Part shown: piece by piece, positions 35,849 through 50,680 of the stretch
Layout: every line of letters begins with the position of its first letter
How positions within the stretch are numbered: the first letter of the stretch is position 1
Source: Vicugna vicugna
Lineage: Eukaryota
Direction: 5' to 3'
Length of the DNA: 64,000 bases
NCBI GenBank assembly: GCA_013265495.1
Contig: MU060767.1
Location: 13,395,958 to 13,459,957 of the forward strand
Notes under the pieces: generated by a model
Databases searched by the model: none
Told to the model about the DNA's origin: nothing
What the model saw: the letters and a program-made list of their open reading frames with translations, nothing else
Made by a program: the position numbers and the translations under genes

Positions 35849-38799
35849 AAAAGCAAAACCCAAATTGGTTCAACCAGTCTCAGGCTGGAAAGTCAAAGCC
35901 AGTCCCTCTGGAGGCCCCCGTGCAGGCTCACAGAGGCCACAGCCACCCTGGGACTGTGGACTGCGTGGCTGGAGATGGAAGGCGAGGGTGGGAAGGACCA
36001 GCCTAAGCAGAGTGGCTGGTGAGGAGTGTGGGGTGGTGGGGGGAGCAGGCTTCACAGCAAAGTCCCCCGGCGGTGCCCTGACACCTGCTGCTTTCAACTC
36101 TTAGCTGACGGTTTCAACTGGGAGGAGGCACTCCATACCTGCCCGGCTTGGAGGGTCTCTCAAAATCTGCTCATGGTTTTGGTCTGTGTTTGGCAAGTTA
36201 AGGCCCTGCAGGCGGCGGTGACACGGTACTGGTGGTGCAGTGGCGGCTGGCAGGCTGAGGCCCAGGGCCACTGGGGTCCAGGCTGCAGTGGACAGGGTGG
36301 CCGGCCGGTGGGTGGGCAGACACTAGCCCAGGGCTCCTGGCCGGGCTCCCGGAGTTGCCTCCAGACACTTTTTCCTTGGGCCGCCCCAATCCTTGCCCCA
36401 GGCCTTGGAGGGAGGTGCAGGGCTGACCAGAGAGGAAGGCTGAGGACCAAGGCCTGGTCACCAGGGTGTAGCTCTTGCCTTCCAGGGACAGAGTGTCCAG
36501 GTCCCACAACTCGTCCTGAAGCCGTGTGCCTGGACAGCACTGCCCCACAGCTGCCACCTCCTGAGTGAACTGTCCCAAGGGCGTGCGCTCTCACAGCCCC
36601 GAGCCCGGGGTCCTCACTGCTGCCCACGAGGCGGTTCCATTGTGGGCCCCACTTTATGGAGGAGCCAGTGGAGCAGCTGTCACACTCACACAGCAGGCCC
36701 TAGGCCACAGCCACCAGACTTCCCAGCTGCCCAACGCCACTGCCTGTCCCTGGACATACAGATGTTTGCTCAGTTCTACGTCAACGATGCTGTTCTTGCT
36801 GTCACCATGGCAATGAGCTGCTTTTGTGCAAAGCCAGTTCCTGTGTCCCGGAGGGGCTTATTGCTCCTTCCTGGGTGGAGAGGGCCCCCGGAAGAGCCCG
36901 TTCCTGGCCGTGGCTCCACGTGCCTTTGCTTCCCCAAGGTCCTCTGCTCCAGCCCTTGTGAAGTAGGGCAGGGAAACAGGGGAGAAGGAGGGAGGTGAGG
37001 GAGAGAAACAGAGAAGGCAGGAAGGCGAGAAAAAAGGCAGAGGAACCTGGAGGGAAGTGCCCCAGGATGGGCCCTGGTGAGGAGTGAGCCTGGCCAGCCC
37101 AGGAAGGCCGTTTGAGTGTGAGGCCCGGCACCATGCCGCGTGCACTGGAGACCCAAGGGCCATGGAGCTTGGGGCCCCGTGGCTGCTAGACCTGCCTAGA
37201 TGTCCCTCCGCTTCTGCCTTGTGCTCCAGAGGCCAGTGCGAGCTCCTGCCCCGGGGCCGATGGGCCTGTGATTTGGGGTTGAGCTGGACAGGTTCCCGAG
37301 GAGAGGCCTGTTCAGGGAGGAGGGCCCTTTGCTTTCTTTGAAACGCACGGCTGCACTCACTGCACCATCCCTTCTTCCCCCTCCTGGGCGCTGTCGGGGG
37401 AGAAGATGAGCCCAGTGGAGCTCAGACCACGGGGGTGGCCAAGCGGATCACGAACAGTGGGTCCAAAAGCCAAAAGCACAGAGTCAACAACAGAACAGTG
37501 AGAGACGTGCCAGGGAGTCCCTGTGCGCGGGTGCCTCGTGGGGGAGCAGGAGCCCACTTGGGCTTTGGGGTGGTCAGTGGGTCTGGGTCTGGTGACCCAC
37601 CGAGGCCACTGAGAATCGTGACTGTGTTACCAGAAAGAGCTGCATAGCTGGGGCCCCAGAGCCTCCCCTGGAGTAAGGCAGGACCTGAGGGGCTTTGCTG
37701 ATGCCCGTCTCAGGGGTGCAGCTGGGCCTGAAGGAGGAAGGGCGCGGGGGAAAGGCCGGCACATGATGCGAGTCTGCGTCACCCACCCAGCCAGCAGCTC
37801 TGGCCCCAATTTGCCCAAAGCCCCATTGCTGCGTTAAGTCCCTCAGGACGGCGGCTCCTCCTCCTGTCAGCACTGCACCCTTCAGCCCACATCCTAAAGC
37901 CCCTCAGATCTCCACAGCAGCCCTGTGGGACCAGTGGGCCAGGACTGACGGGGAGACAGATTCAGTGAGAAGGCAGACCTTGCTCAAGGCTCACCACGAC
38001 GAGCCCAGCCTCGGGGTCACAGGTCTGCGCACGCTTCAGACTGAAGGAACTACCGACTGCCCAGGGTGTGACCCCCAGCCCACCAGCCCGACTCCAGCAG
38101 GTGCCTGTCTGTGGAGATCCTGCAGGTGCACCAGGCCAACACCGGCTTCCCCTGCAGGCTCTGCAGAAGGCCCGCTGCTCTGTGGGCTGCAGCCCACACA
38201 GGGGCTGCTCAGCGGGTCTCCCAGCCTAGGACAATAAATCCCCATGACAATTCAACCACCAGCTCAGCGCTACTGCGCCAGAAACGGTTACAGGTATTTC
38301 TTGCAAATTCTCTCACTCTACTGCCGACGCCCACCAGGCAGGTACTACCCTTACACCCCTTTGACAGATACCAGTAACTGCAGCAGAGAGCGCTGCCTGA
38401 ATTCGGCAGCAAACCAGGACCAGGCCTAGATAAAGGCAGTGCCCTCCCCAGGTGAAGGCGCCCCCGAAAACCAGCCTGGCAGTTCTCCAAGGCCCCAGAC
38501 TGCAGATGCATCGACAGAAGGCAGAACCTAGGCTGGCGTCCTCCAGAGGAGGGAACCGTGGCCCGGCTGTCAGTCCCCAGCAGGCCACCTCCCACTGCCC
38601 TTCCCGCTGCCAGCTCTGTCCACCATACCTGGCAGCAGCCTGTCCGTCCACTGCTCAGGGAGGGCTATCAGAGCCAAGAACCGCTATTTCTGTCTTACAA
38701 TTTTGTTCAACTGCACCCTGATTTCTTTTAGGATTTGCTTAATTTAGTTCTGGCCTGACGACCTCTGTGATTCTGCTGTGTTTACTGAAGAGGCACTTA

Positions 38800-39411
<612 letters not shown>

Positions 39412-39941
39412 TCAGACCCTGTTCTGAGGTGCTCAGTCCCTGGGCTGGAGTTATGTTGTACGCCTGGGGACAGCTTTGCTCCTTTCAGGCCTTGGTTTCC
39501 CCATAGGTACCTGGAGAGAGTGCGTCAGCTGGTCTCCAAGCCCCTTCCAGCACTGAGATGATGTGGGTCCTTGGGGTCACACACATGGTGATTGGGTTCA
39601 CCTATCCTCATTCCCCACCCCTCCTACAAGGCGGCCTTCAAGGGGCCACCTGGGTGGTCCACCCTCCCCTTCCTCCTTCTCAGAAGCCACCTAGGGACAA
39701 GACTCCTCTCTTTTGTCCACTTAAATCCTCCCTGTTTCTCAGAGCCCCACTCCAGGACCCCTCTTCCAGGAAGTCTCCTTGCTCACCTCAGCCCCTGAAC
39801 TTGGTGGAAGAGAGGCACACAGACAGTTCCCTTCTCTTGGAAGCGCCCTGAGGCAGGGCGATATCCTGACGAGCTGAGGCCGAGGGGCTGGTGACACCCA
39901 TCTCCTAGACACCCACAGGGCTCAGGAGCCTCCCTGCCTCA

Positions 39942-40229
<288 letters not shown>

Positions 40230-41799
40230 TCACCCCCTGACTGCACATTCTCAGAGAGCCTCTAACTCAGACCAAGGGCCACGTGCACGGCTCCAGGCAC
40301 ACTCAGACAAGATCAGACCTTCCAACCAGCCTAACGTGTTTTTAAGACTGTTTGTCATTTCTTCATCTTAAGATAATGATGACCAACAGTTAGGTTCTAT
40401 TCTTTACAAGTTTGATCAGGTTTCATCCTTAATTTCCTGAGTTAAATGCACCATTTTACAGATTAGAAAATTTAGGTTTCCTTATGAAGGTGAAGGCCTC
40501 GCCCAGCAAGGAGAGGGGACTGGGATTCCATCTATTGATCACGCCCTCCAGTGCCCCTGAGAAGCAACCTGGGCTCCGCCGGCCTCTTCCACATGCCTCA
40601 GAGTGTACCAAGGGGGCTGTCACATCTTCCCATTTGATGCTCCTGGAGGGGAGGCCCAGAGGTCACACAGTCAGGCAGGGGCTGGGCCTTGCTGGGACCC
40701 AGGCCTTGGACATCACGGCCCCTCCCATGCCATCACTGGCTCTGGAGACAGACCAGGCCTCTGCAGTTCGCCTGCCAGACCACATGCCGGGAGGGGCTTG
40801 AGGGGTCTGTATGGGTTAGGTGTGCGCCCTAAAGCAGGCTGGGATCCAGGAAACCAGGAAGGAGGGAGCTGGGCCAGGCTGGCAGGAAGACGCAGTGATT
40901 CACACAGCCAGCCAGGCCATCCATCCCTGTGCCGCACACAGCCCACGGGAGCAGCCCCGAGGGCTGAGTCATGGCACAACGTGGGGTCCCAGGTTGCACG
41001 TGGAGGGGCCGCACTTCATCAACACTTGCCCCAGGAGCTGCTGTGGGGCTGGCTCCCCAGCTTGCGGACGTCTACAGGGCTGGGAAGGGCAGATGCCTTC
41101 ACCAAGGAGGGTGACCACTGGTAAACCAATAACCCAGGTCTGCCTCAAATCCTTATGAAAATTCTTCTTAAGGAAATGAAGCCCACGGTGGGTTCCCAGG
41201 CTCAGGGAGGGTATGTTTGGAGCCATACCACTAGGCCTCAAGCCCAGGTCCGCCTAGCTCCAGAGCCTGTGCCTTTAAACAGGCCTCCTGTGGAAGGAGA
41301 TGGGTTGAGGCTGCTGAGCAGATCCAAAAGCTCTGGCTGCCTTAGGTCCTCCGCTCCAGGCCGTGGTTGTCTGGGCAGGTTCTGGTCTCAGCCTGGAGGA
41401 GCCCCTCCCAGCCCTTCCCAATCCTCCCAACTCCTCGGTGTGTGCCTCTTCCTCTACTTCCCCTGCCTCTGCTTAGAAGTTGTGCTGGTTTCAAAAGGAG
41501 CCTCCTTCCTGTCGTCTCCAGCTGGACACCAGAGCTTGGAGCCTCTAGTGTTGGCCCCCATCCCAGCTGGGGAACCCTCCTTTAGACAGACCACCTGGCC
41601 CTCCATCTCTCTGTGCTGGCTGAGCCTCATGCAGGGAGATGGCCATGGGAGGGTAGGGTGAGCAAAGTGGACTGTGCACCTGTCATGTGCACTGTCTACC
41701 GACTGTCCTGGGTAGGGGCGGGGGACAGACCTCACCAACCCGGAGCCTGTGTTCGTGTTCGTGTGTGTGTGTGTGTATACAAGATAATTAACAATTAAG

Positions 41800-42540
41800 T
41801 AAGCTGTAATAACATGTCAGGAGTTGGTATGTGTCAGGAGGAAAGAATCAGGCTATTGGTAAGCGGGGAGGCCTGTTGGTGGCTGCTATTTGATATTGGG
41901 TGGTTGGGGAAGGCTTCTCAGGCATGGTGACATTCAAGTGGACACTGAACGGAGTGAGGGGTGAGCCTCTCATGGTCCTGAAGAAGGATTGGGGGGGCAC
42001 TGAGTCCACACCTGCAGAGGAGGAGGAGCCTGGGGTGCAGGTGTTGGACTGGAGTGGTGAAGCAGGAAGCACGTGGGGCAGGAGCAGGCAAGCGAGACTG
42101 CACAAAGGTGGAGGGGGAGCCAGGAGACCTGCGAGAGGTTGGCGCAATCACCCAACCATCCGGTGAGAGGGGAGGTCAGTCACACGACAGCGGTGGTGGT
42201 GGCCACACAGGGGATGGGAAGGGAATGTGGGAGGAAGAGCCAGTTAAGCCGCCTCCTCATGGCAGAAGGAGGCTGCACTTGGTGGGAGGAAGAAGGGTGG
42301 AGGCGGAGCATGTGTGGGGGCAGGGCAGGAGCCAGGAGCTGGGTTGGCACGTATTAATTTGAGATGCGTTGAGATGTCCAAATGGACACTGAGTAGGCAG
42401 AACTCTGGAGGGAAGGTGAGGCTGGCAATATACCTTTGAGATTGTCCGCAAATACGGGGAATTTAAGGCGACAAGCCTGGAGAAAATCACAGGGCACTCT
42501 GCATGGACAGGAAGAAATCTGAGGACCCCAGACAAGGGAC
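41800..42540 (-). mobile_element. L2 fragment, degraded
   Basis: GGAAGGCTTCTC...GGTGACATTCAAG and TTGAGATGTCC...GGAAGGTGAGGCTGG motifs. Boundaries approximate. Confidence 0.55.
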
Positions 42541-44104
42541 AGGCAGGAAGCAGAGAGGGGTCTGAGGAAGGCTGAGGCCTGGGAGCCTCGGAGCGGCAGT
42601 GCCAAGAGAAGAGGTCCAGGGCTGCTGCGACACAGGGCCCTGAGCCTGGGGGACCCTCGCCGTGGGCTGCCTCAGTGGGTGCAGGCGGGGAGGCCTGAGC
42701 TGGTGGGCTCGAGAGAGACAGGGAGGAGAGGACGCCTCACCCAGCAGCACTGACCTTCAGTGGGGAGCTGGGTCCGGGAAAAAACAATCCTACCAAACCA
42801 AGAAACTACCTTTTACAGCCCCTGCTGGGACGTGCTCAGGTTTCTGGGTTTCCGGGACCTGTCTCAGAGCCATCATCCAGGGGAAGAGGGGAGAGCCGGC
42901 CATGTTTACTAGCCCTGGGTGCACCCCCAGCAGCATAGCCATCCCCCTGGGTGCCCTGAGCCCTGGAGTCTCACTGGTCACATGAGGACAGGTGGCCCCT
43001 GGGACTGGGCAGGGATGGAAGCTGACAGGGTCCTGGGCCTTGGGGAGCCATTCACAGCCTAGGGTGTAAGTGGCATCCCCTGGAACGGTGTCACAGGGTG
43101 GCCCTATGAGTTTCCCTCTTCCCCGTCACCACAAATCTACTTTTAACTGTTTCATACTTTGGGCCCCAGCTTTTGTCCGAAGATGAGATTTAGGTGCTAA
43201 AACAACAACAGCAAAGCAACTCTGGACCAGAAAGTGCTTATGGTCCTTCCTATCCTGCCTGTGGGTCCACCCTTGCCTCCGCGGAGCCCCGTCCCAGAGG
43301 GACAGAGAGAAGGCAGGCGGGTCCCCTTAGCTCACCTGGGGGGGAGTTGGCGGATCCTGACTCAAGTTTCTCACTTAAAGTTATAAAGGTAACCACCAGA
43401 AGAACTAAAAATAATCCCTCCAAACTGGGGGTGGGAGTGGGGCAGAGTGGAGGAAGGAAGGGAGCAAGGAAGGTGAAGTCCTCAGCTTTCACAGCTGGAG
43501 GCCATTGAATTCTACTCAGAGTTGGAGGGTCAGATTTTTCTGGACAGCACTGGGACAAACAAATGGAGACAGCTAACGGTGGGAGAAGGACAGGCCTGGA
43601 GGAGGAGTTCACTTTTAATTTTATACTTTTCTGTATGGTCTAAAATTTTTCTCCCAATGGATTCATACTATAATTAGTTAAGTGGTAAAAATGTAAGTGG
43701 TGGGCATGATTTGATGCCCTGAGGAGCCCTGAGAGTAGTGGTGGGATGGGAAGGCCTTGGACTTGGGCCCAGCAGTGGGGAGGGGAGGGGAGAGGAAGTG
43801 GAGACTCTCTCCAGGTCTGAATGGCTGGGGGTAGGGGGAGAGAAGGGTGTGGATCTGAACCTCTGGGTGTTCAGATGTCCATCTAGGTGTCCTGCGGGCC
43901 CATCAGGGGCTGGAGACAGGGTCCCTACCACCTGGGACTCACAGGACCTATGCATCTGCCCTGTGGGCAGTCTAGGTGTGTAGAAATGGGAAGACAAGTC
44001 CCTGGTTTGTTGGCTGTCATCACGGCCAGTGGCAATTTCCCCATGCCCATTAGCGAATGCTGTTTTCTTGGCCCCAGTCTCCCCTGTATCGGCACTGTGT
44101 AGAT

Positions 44105-44310
44105 CAGCGTTTCTTATTCTTGGCACTACTGACATTTTGGGTCAGACAATTCTCTGTAATAGAGGACAGTATGATGTGTCTGTAGGAGGTTCAGCAGCAT
44201 CCCTGGACTCTACCTGCCAGTAGCACCACCTTAGGCAGGACAACCAAAAAACGTCTCCATACATTGCCAGTGTCTGCTGGGGACAAAGTGTCCCTGGTTG
44301 AGAAGTACCA
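44105..44310 (-). mobile_element. MER20 (hAT-Charlie)
   Basis: The reverse complement reads TTCTCAACCAGGG...GGCAATGTATGGAGAC...CCAGGGATGCTGCTGAAC...CCCAAAATGTCAGTAGTGCC. Confidence 0.8.
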
Positions 44311-44925
44311 GTGAGGAGGCTGAACAGATCAGTACACACGCATCCTAAGATAGAGGGTTTAAGCCCAGAGGCTCCCTCTGAAAACCGGGGCACAAGACTG
44401 TAACAATGAGTGCTTTTCCTGAAAGCTAGGGCGCAATCCCAATGTCTCTGAGGCAGAAGATATGTGCCGACCACTGTGAACTACTCCCAGGGGTCTGGAG
44501 ACTGATCTAAGGGCCAAAGGCAGGTAACCTTCGACACAATGGCACCATGTAAGTTATTTTCTGTCTACGTGGCTCTTGATTTTACTCATGGGGTCAAGGG
44601 TTCTCCAGGGAAAAAAAAAGTTGCTACACTGCAAACCTTTCTTCCAGAGGGCCAGGCCCTCTCCAGAGCAAGCGGGTGACGGCCCCTGGCTGGCTGGGAG
44701 CACCGTTGTCAGCTGTCTCTTGGGCCCTTCACCTCCCTGGCCTCTTTCTCATCCTGGGGGTAGGAGGAGAAGCCTCATCTCCTGCCTTCCTGACACCCGA
44801 GGCAGAACATCTCAAAGAAGCTCCGACCTCAGCCAAGGATGCCTCCCTGCCCCACTGGCCCCCATCCCCTCCCACGCCCGCATCACTGCCCTGCTCACGG
44901 CCTCCCTCCAGCCTGGAACACTCAC

Positions 44926-45149
<224 letters not shown>

Positions 45150-45942
45150 TCAGCTCCAGGCCTGGGTCAGGAGCAGGGGCCCGCTAGCTGAACCCCAACC
45201 CCCCAGTGTCCCTGGACGCAGTGCAGTCTGGCCTCCCAGGGCCCCAGGGGGACGAGGACTGCGGGGTCTCCTGGCGCACGGGCTCTGAAGCAGGAGGCGG
45301 CTGGCAGGGCCTCTGTCTCCACCCTCTGGCTCAACCAGGCGGCTCTGCTTTCGTCTGTTTTGAAAACTCAGGTTTGGCATAGTGTTCATTTGGGGAAAAA
45401 AGTTAATGTTCTTGGCTAACGTTGTAATTTTCTATACTGTTGACCCAGGTGGAGCAAAGTCCGTAGAACTGGGCGACGTCAGGGAGAGGGGTGTTTCGGT
45501 TATTTGAGAATTCCACTTACCTGAGGGACTGGGCCCAGGGGAATGGCACCTCAAGGGTCGGGGAGGGAGGAGGCTGGTTCTCTGGTTAGTGCATGTGGTG
45601 AAAAGCCCTCATATTAAATCTCAAGGGCCTAGTCCCCTTGGAGGGCTCAAAGTTAAAACTTAATTTTATTAAATTTTATTTACTTATTTGCCCTTGACCT
45701 ATGGCCCACCTTTCCTGGGGAGCAGGGGAGGCCCAGGCCTGGTTAAACGGGGGAAGGGTAAAGAGGTGAATAATGAGACAGATCACCCTTTTCCTGCCTC
45801 CTTCCCCCTCCTCCTTTGTCTGTGGGGTGTAATCTGCTTAAGGCACACACGGGTGGCTGAGATGCCACTGAAATTGCATGAAAGTGCCCCGTAATTAGTA
45901 TGTATCGTCCCCCTTCCCCTCATCTTGGATACCAAAAGCAGC

Positions 45943-46736
45943 AGAAGCAGGAAGGAGTCAGGGTGTTCAGGCCCCCTTGCCCTCTGTGTGGCCTGGCCCC
46001 TTGCACACACCATCCTCGAAGACTACAATCAAATAAATGTCACACTGAAACCAGGGAGACTCAGAGGCTCTTGGAGAAGTCATGGGCCACCACCAGCACC
46101 TTGCACACGCACACTGTTTCCTCAGAATTTCACAACCACCTCACTAGGGAGCGGCAGGAGACTGCATTTGTGGGCCTGAGAGCTCCCTGGCCTGTGTCAC
46201 GTCCTCTGCCCTGTGTGTTTGCAGTATTTCCCTGCTAGAGGCAGAATGTATTTCCTCTCTCCTTGACTGGAGTGTAGGCGCTCAGTCCTCAGAAAGATGC
46301 GGGAGCAGCAGGGTGCTGGTTCCACACCCAGCCATTCAGAGGCCTTGCGTTTTCCTCTAAGACCTCTTGGGCCTCTACCGTCACCATGAACACGCCCAGG
46401 CTCTCTGCTTCATCCCAGGAAGAGGACGAGGGATGCACAGAGCAGAGTCGAGCCCACCTGGGCCTCTGACCCCAGCTGACCCCTGCCCCATGAAAAGAAA
46501 CGATTGCTGCTAAGTGACTGAGTTAGAGGAGGTTTGTTAGACGGCACCGGTGTGGCGATAGCTAGCCAGCGTAGTGGTCACTGTCAGTGTTACTGTCCAA
46601 GACATGGGTATCACCAAGACCCATGTCTCACTCCTGGAGAAGCTCCTAAGAATAAAGCTACCAGAAAGAAGCAGGAAAGAGTCAAGGTGTTCAGGCCCCC
46701 TCGCCCTCTGTGTGGCCTGAACCCTTGTACACACCA
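45943..46736. repeat. 70-bp direct repeat pair (45943-46012 and 46667-46736)
   Basis: 64/70 identical, ungapped, by manual alignment. Confidence 0.93.
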
Positions 46737-48279
46737 GGCCCCAGATGAGACACAGAACACTGGGGGATGCGGATCCAAGGAGCTGGGCGGGTGTGGGCCC
46801 ATTTGGGCTGGGCAGTTAGTGCCAGCACTCCCGGGACCCCTCCTCCAGCCTCCTTCCCTCCGGTTTCAGCCTGTCCGGGTGGGAGCCCAGGGTGAGACGG
46901 AGGCCCCGGCTGGGGCTGGGAATGGGATGCACCAGGCCCACTATCTCCCTGACCTCACGTGCCCTCCAGAACCGCGGTCTTTTCTTTATGGGCACAATAG
47001 TTATTACCAGACAGTTACTCTACTCTCAAGGTCTTTCAACCTCCCTCTTTTCCCCAGCCCTTAAACTGAGCCAGAGAGACAAATTCCTCAGCCCGTGGCA
47101 CGTGGTTCAGGAAGTGGGCAGGAGGTGCTGGAAATGTGCAGGTGTCCTTTGGGGTGGGGGAGAGACAAAGGAAACAAGGCCAACACCTGGAAGACGCAGG
47201 GCTGACAAAAGAGTCCGCAAAAAGGTGTGTGGGGCCAAAGCCTTCTGTGGGGACGTCTCCAGAATCAAGCTGTCCAGCTAAGTAGCTATTTGTGTGCCAC
47301 AAGCTGTCTACTGCAGACAGTGGGCGGGGAAGTCCTGGCAGCGGTGCCCCCTCCCCACTGCCTGGCCTGGGAAGGAAGCCGCCACTGGCCTAGTGGCCAG
47401 CAGGCCACGCCCACAACACTAGCCCCGATCCAGCTCCTAGGGACAGTGTCCCAGAGATCCAGCCCTCAGATCCCCAAGCCTACAGCTGACATGGAGGGCT
47501 GCCCACCAGCAGAGCCTGGGCCCTGCCCCATCTTGGAGATGAGTTTCTTCAGCATCTAAGCCTCCCCTGGGGGAAAGCTGGCCCTGGGGCCTGGGCCCTG
47601 GGTGCCCTAGGCAGGCAGTGACTCAGGAAGGCAGGGGTGGGTGAGCAGGGGTGGTGCCTCCACCTGGGGCTAAAAACAGGCCTGTGAGTCAGGGCCTACC
47701 TGCTGATGCTGCTCCCCGTGTGCCTGGGTGACCTGGGAAGTCAGCCTGCTTCCCATCCATGGAACGAATGTGATAAACCTGATCAAAGTTTCCCAAACTT
47801 CCTCCTTTGGTCCCCACCTTCAGGGTTTCTGCCAGATCTGTGCAACGGGAGTCAGGACCTGAAGGGTGAGCAGGGCAAGACTTCCTGCTGGGGGAGAGAG
47901 ACACTCCAATCTGAGCACCCTAGAGTCGCGTTATGCCTCAGCCACGCCACTCAAAGGTGTGGTTTAGAAACCATGGGCCCCCATAAAGCCACTCTGTGCT
48001 CCTCTGTGCATGACCTAGAATCTTGGGAATCCTACTCCAGGGGGATGTCATGCATGTTTTGGGGGAAAGCTGGCCTGCATGATGTCCTGGGAATCCTCTA
48101 GTGGACACACTGGTGCCTGGAGCTGTCCTCCCAGCTTCAGCTCATCCCCAGGGTATGGGGGGGGGTGAAGTCCTGTGCTGGCGACACCTCTCCGTCCGCC
48201 TGTGCTGTTTCTCTCCTGTCTTCCCCAGCTCAGTGTCTGGTCCTACCATTGGCTCAACTGCTCAGGCTCAAAGACGAGC

Positions 48280-49375
48280 AGTCATTCTTGGTTTGCTGCT
48301 TCCCTCCCAATGTCCAGTGCCTTGTCAGTTTTTCTCTCAAATCTGTTTTCAATCAGTCCACTTATCCCCATCTCCTCTTGCACATCCCCGAATCCAAGCC
48401 ACCACTGTCTTTCCCTGGCTGCCCTAGTCCCTTCCCAAGGGCTCCTTGCCTCCCTCTTGCTTTTCTTCAATCTGTTTTCCATACAGTAGCCAGCAGGAGA
48501 TTGGAGAAAAAGAACCCCCAATTTTTTAACTGGGCACACTGATATCCAGCTTAAAGACTATATTTCCTAATTTTCCTTGTGGCAAAGATGTGACTGTGTG
48601 ACCAGTTCTACCCATTAAGAAGTAAGCCAAAGTATAGTAAGGCCTATGGGAAAGTCTTTTTAAAGAGAAGATGAGCCCTTCATCTTTCACTTCCTCCTTC
48701 CTGAAGCTTAGAACTTGGATGTGATGGCTGGAGCTCTAGCAGGCAACTTTGATCATGAAGACAATGTCTACACGGTAGGGACAGTAGAGCAGTGATCTAA
48801 AAACAGTCAGGTCCTTGACAACTCTGTGGACACTTCATATCTTCCGGACTTTTCTTTTTTAGAAAACATTTAAATTAAACTTCTATCTCATTTAAATCAC
48901 TATTCTCTAGGTCTCAGATATTCACAGTCAAACCTAATCCTAATGGACGAAATAATTCTACTTGTTTGAATCCTTTCAATAGCTTTCCATTATACGTAAA
49001 TTCCAAACTCCTTACCTTGGCTTCCAAAGTCCCTGCCTACCTCTCCGTCCTAATCTCCTCCCATCTTTCCTCTTTCATGGGCCTCTGAGAGTATAAAGCC
49101 TTTCCTTCTGTTCCCCAAGCAAGCCGTGGTCATCTTACCTCAGGGTGCTGCATCTGCCCAGATCATCCTTCCCTTGGCTCCCCTGGATTTCATGTCACTT
49201 CCTCAGGGAAGCCTCCTCCATGCCCCCTGGCAGAGTCTGCCCCCACCGTGCACCAACCACGCCATGTCACCGCTGGTGCTGTATGTGCCTGTTCCTCAGG
49301 GCAGGGACAGTCTCCTGATTTTTAAGCCAGGTCTGGCACAATGCTTTGTACATAGTTGGTGCTCAGCAACATTGG
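48280..49375 (+). mobile_element. L2 3' fragment interrupted by an MLT1-type LTR (~48500-48930)
   Basis: L2-like pyrimidine-rich body on both sides, ending CATAGTTGGTGCTCAGCAACATT; MLT1-like interior (GTGATGGCTGGAGCT, TAAACTTCTATCT...TTTAAATCACT). Confidence 0.6.
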
Positions 49376-49439
49376 TATTTTACTATCAGGCATGGCCCCA
49401 ATTTCTCACTCCACCCTTCCTATCTCCTAACTCTTCTCA

Positions 49440-49630
49440 CCTCATCCATTTCAACAACATCTGTGTCTAGTTTAACCATGGCAGCAGTTCTCCCAGGTAG
49501 CCATCCTATTTAATAGATGGGGAGACTGAGGCTTAGAGGCGAGGTAACTTGCTCAAGGTCACACAGCTACTAAGGAGGAGAGCTTGGACCCAAGGTTAAC
49601 CTCTACTGTGCTCCAGCCAACAGCCCTGGA
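49440..49630 (-). mobile_element. MIR
   Basis: AGATGGGGAGACTGAGGCTTAGAGGCGAGGTAACTTGCTCAAGGTCACACAGCTA. Confidence 0.8.
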
Positions 49631-50254
49631 CTTGAATTTCAGACACTGTGTCCAGTCCAGCCCTCTGAGCAAAGGTGTGGGAGAGAGGTAAGAAGGAAGG
49701 TGGGAAGGGTGAGGCTCGGCGGGAAGGAGGGGCCTGACTAATATGCCCTGGAGGGCTGTGGCAGGTGCCAGGCTGGGCCAGCCTCGTGGGGGTCAAGCTT
49801 AACAAGCAATTAGTAGAGCCAGAGGAGGCCCTTGGTCCCTTTGTCTTCCTGCCTTCGGGGACCTGGGGGATGGGGCTCACACTGGGCCTGACCTTCCTGT
49901 CCAGGTCTCCTCCTGGGCCAGTGGTTGGGGGCAATTTCCAGCACCTTTCCCTTCACTTTAGCTCCTACAGCACTGCCACTCTTGCTGGTCGGGCACGCGC
50001 AGCTCTCCTGGCAACATGAGGGATGGCAAAGCTGTGCAGGTACCCAGGGGCAGACACACCAGGTCTGACGCATGGAGTTTTACTCTGTGGAGGATGCTGG
50101 GGTGAACTTCTGTAGAAAACACACCCTATGCTCCCGCTAGTGGCAGTGACCGGCTCCGAGGTGGCAGTGAAGGGCCTGCTCCCACCTGGTCTGCTCCATC
50201 CTTTCCTGCTGCACGGCTACCCTCTCCACCATGCGGCTTCCATTCCCTCCTTTT

Positions 50255-50680
50255 CTGGCACCAGAGCCTCAGCTTCCCTGAAGGAAAACACTCTTCCCTA
50301 ACTCATTCTGAGCAGTTTGGGTGGGGCTGACTCTGTCTTATGGTTGCAGTGGTGGACACATGGTCTGGGCCTGGTCAGTCCACCCTGCTGTCCTTAGTGA
50401 ACAGTTTGGGGTGGAAAAAGAATCCAAATTTGTCAAATTAGACTAGCCCAACCAGCCCAGGACACTTGTAGAAACTATTAGGAAAGAGAGACTCTCAAAG
50501 GAAGGGCCCACCTGAATGTGGAGCCATCACTGAGGAAAGAGCTGCTGAGAGGGGGAGGTACCCCGAGTCACAATAACATCAACACCTGGATCCAGCCATG
50601 CCTGCAGCCTCTGGATTTCCAGTTGCCTTAGTCAATCAGTCCTCTGACTCCTTCTTAATCCAGCTGAGGACATGTATTTC
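50255..50680. mobile_element. MLT1-type LTR, degraded
   Basis: GGGGCTGACTC and CACCTGGATCCAGCCATGCCTG motifs. Confidence 0.5.

Noticed and set aside
46600-46628. Perfect 10-bp hairpin (AGACATGGGT-9 nt-ACCCATGTCT), superficially like an MS2 operator
   Set aside because: Roughly one such stem is expected by chance in 64 kb, and it lacks the MS2 bulge and loop geometry.
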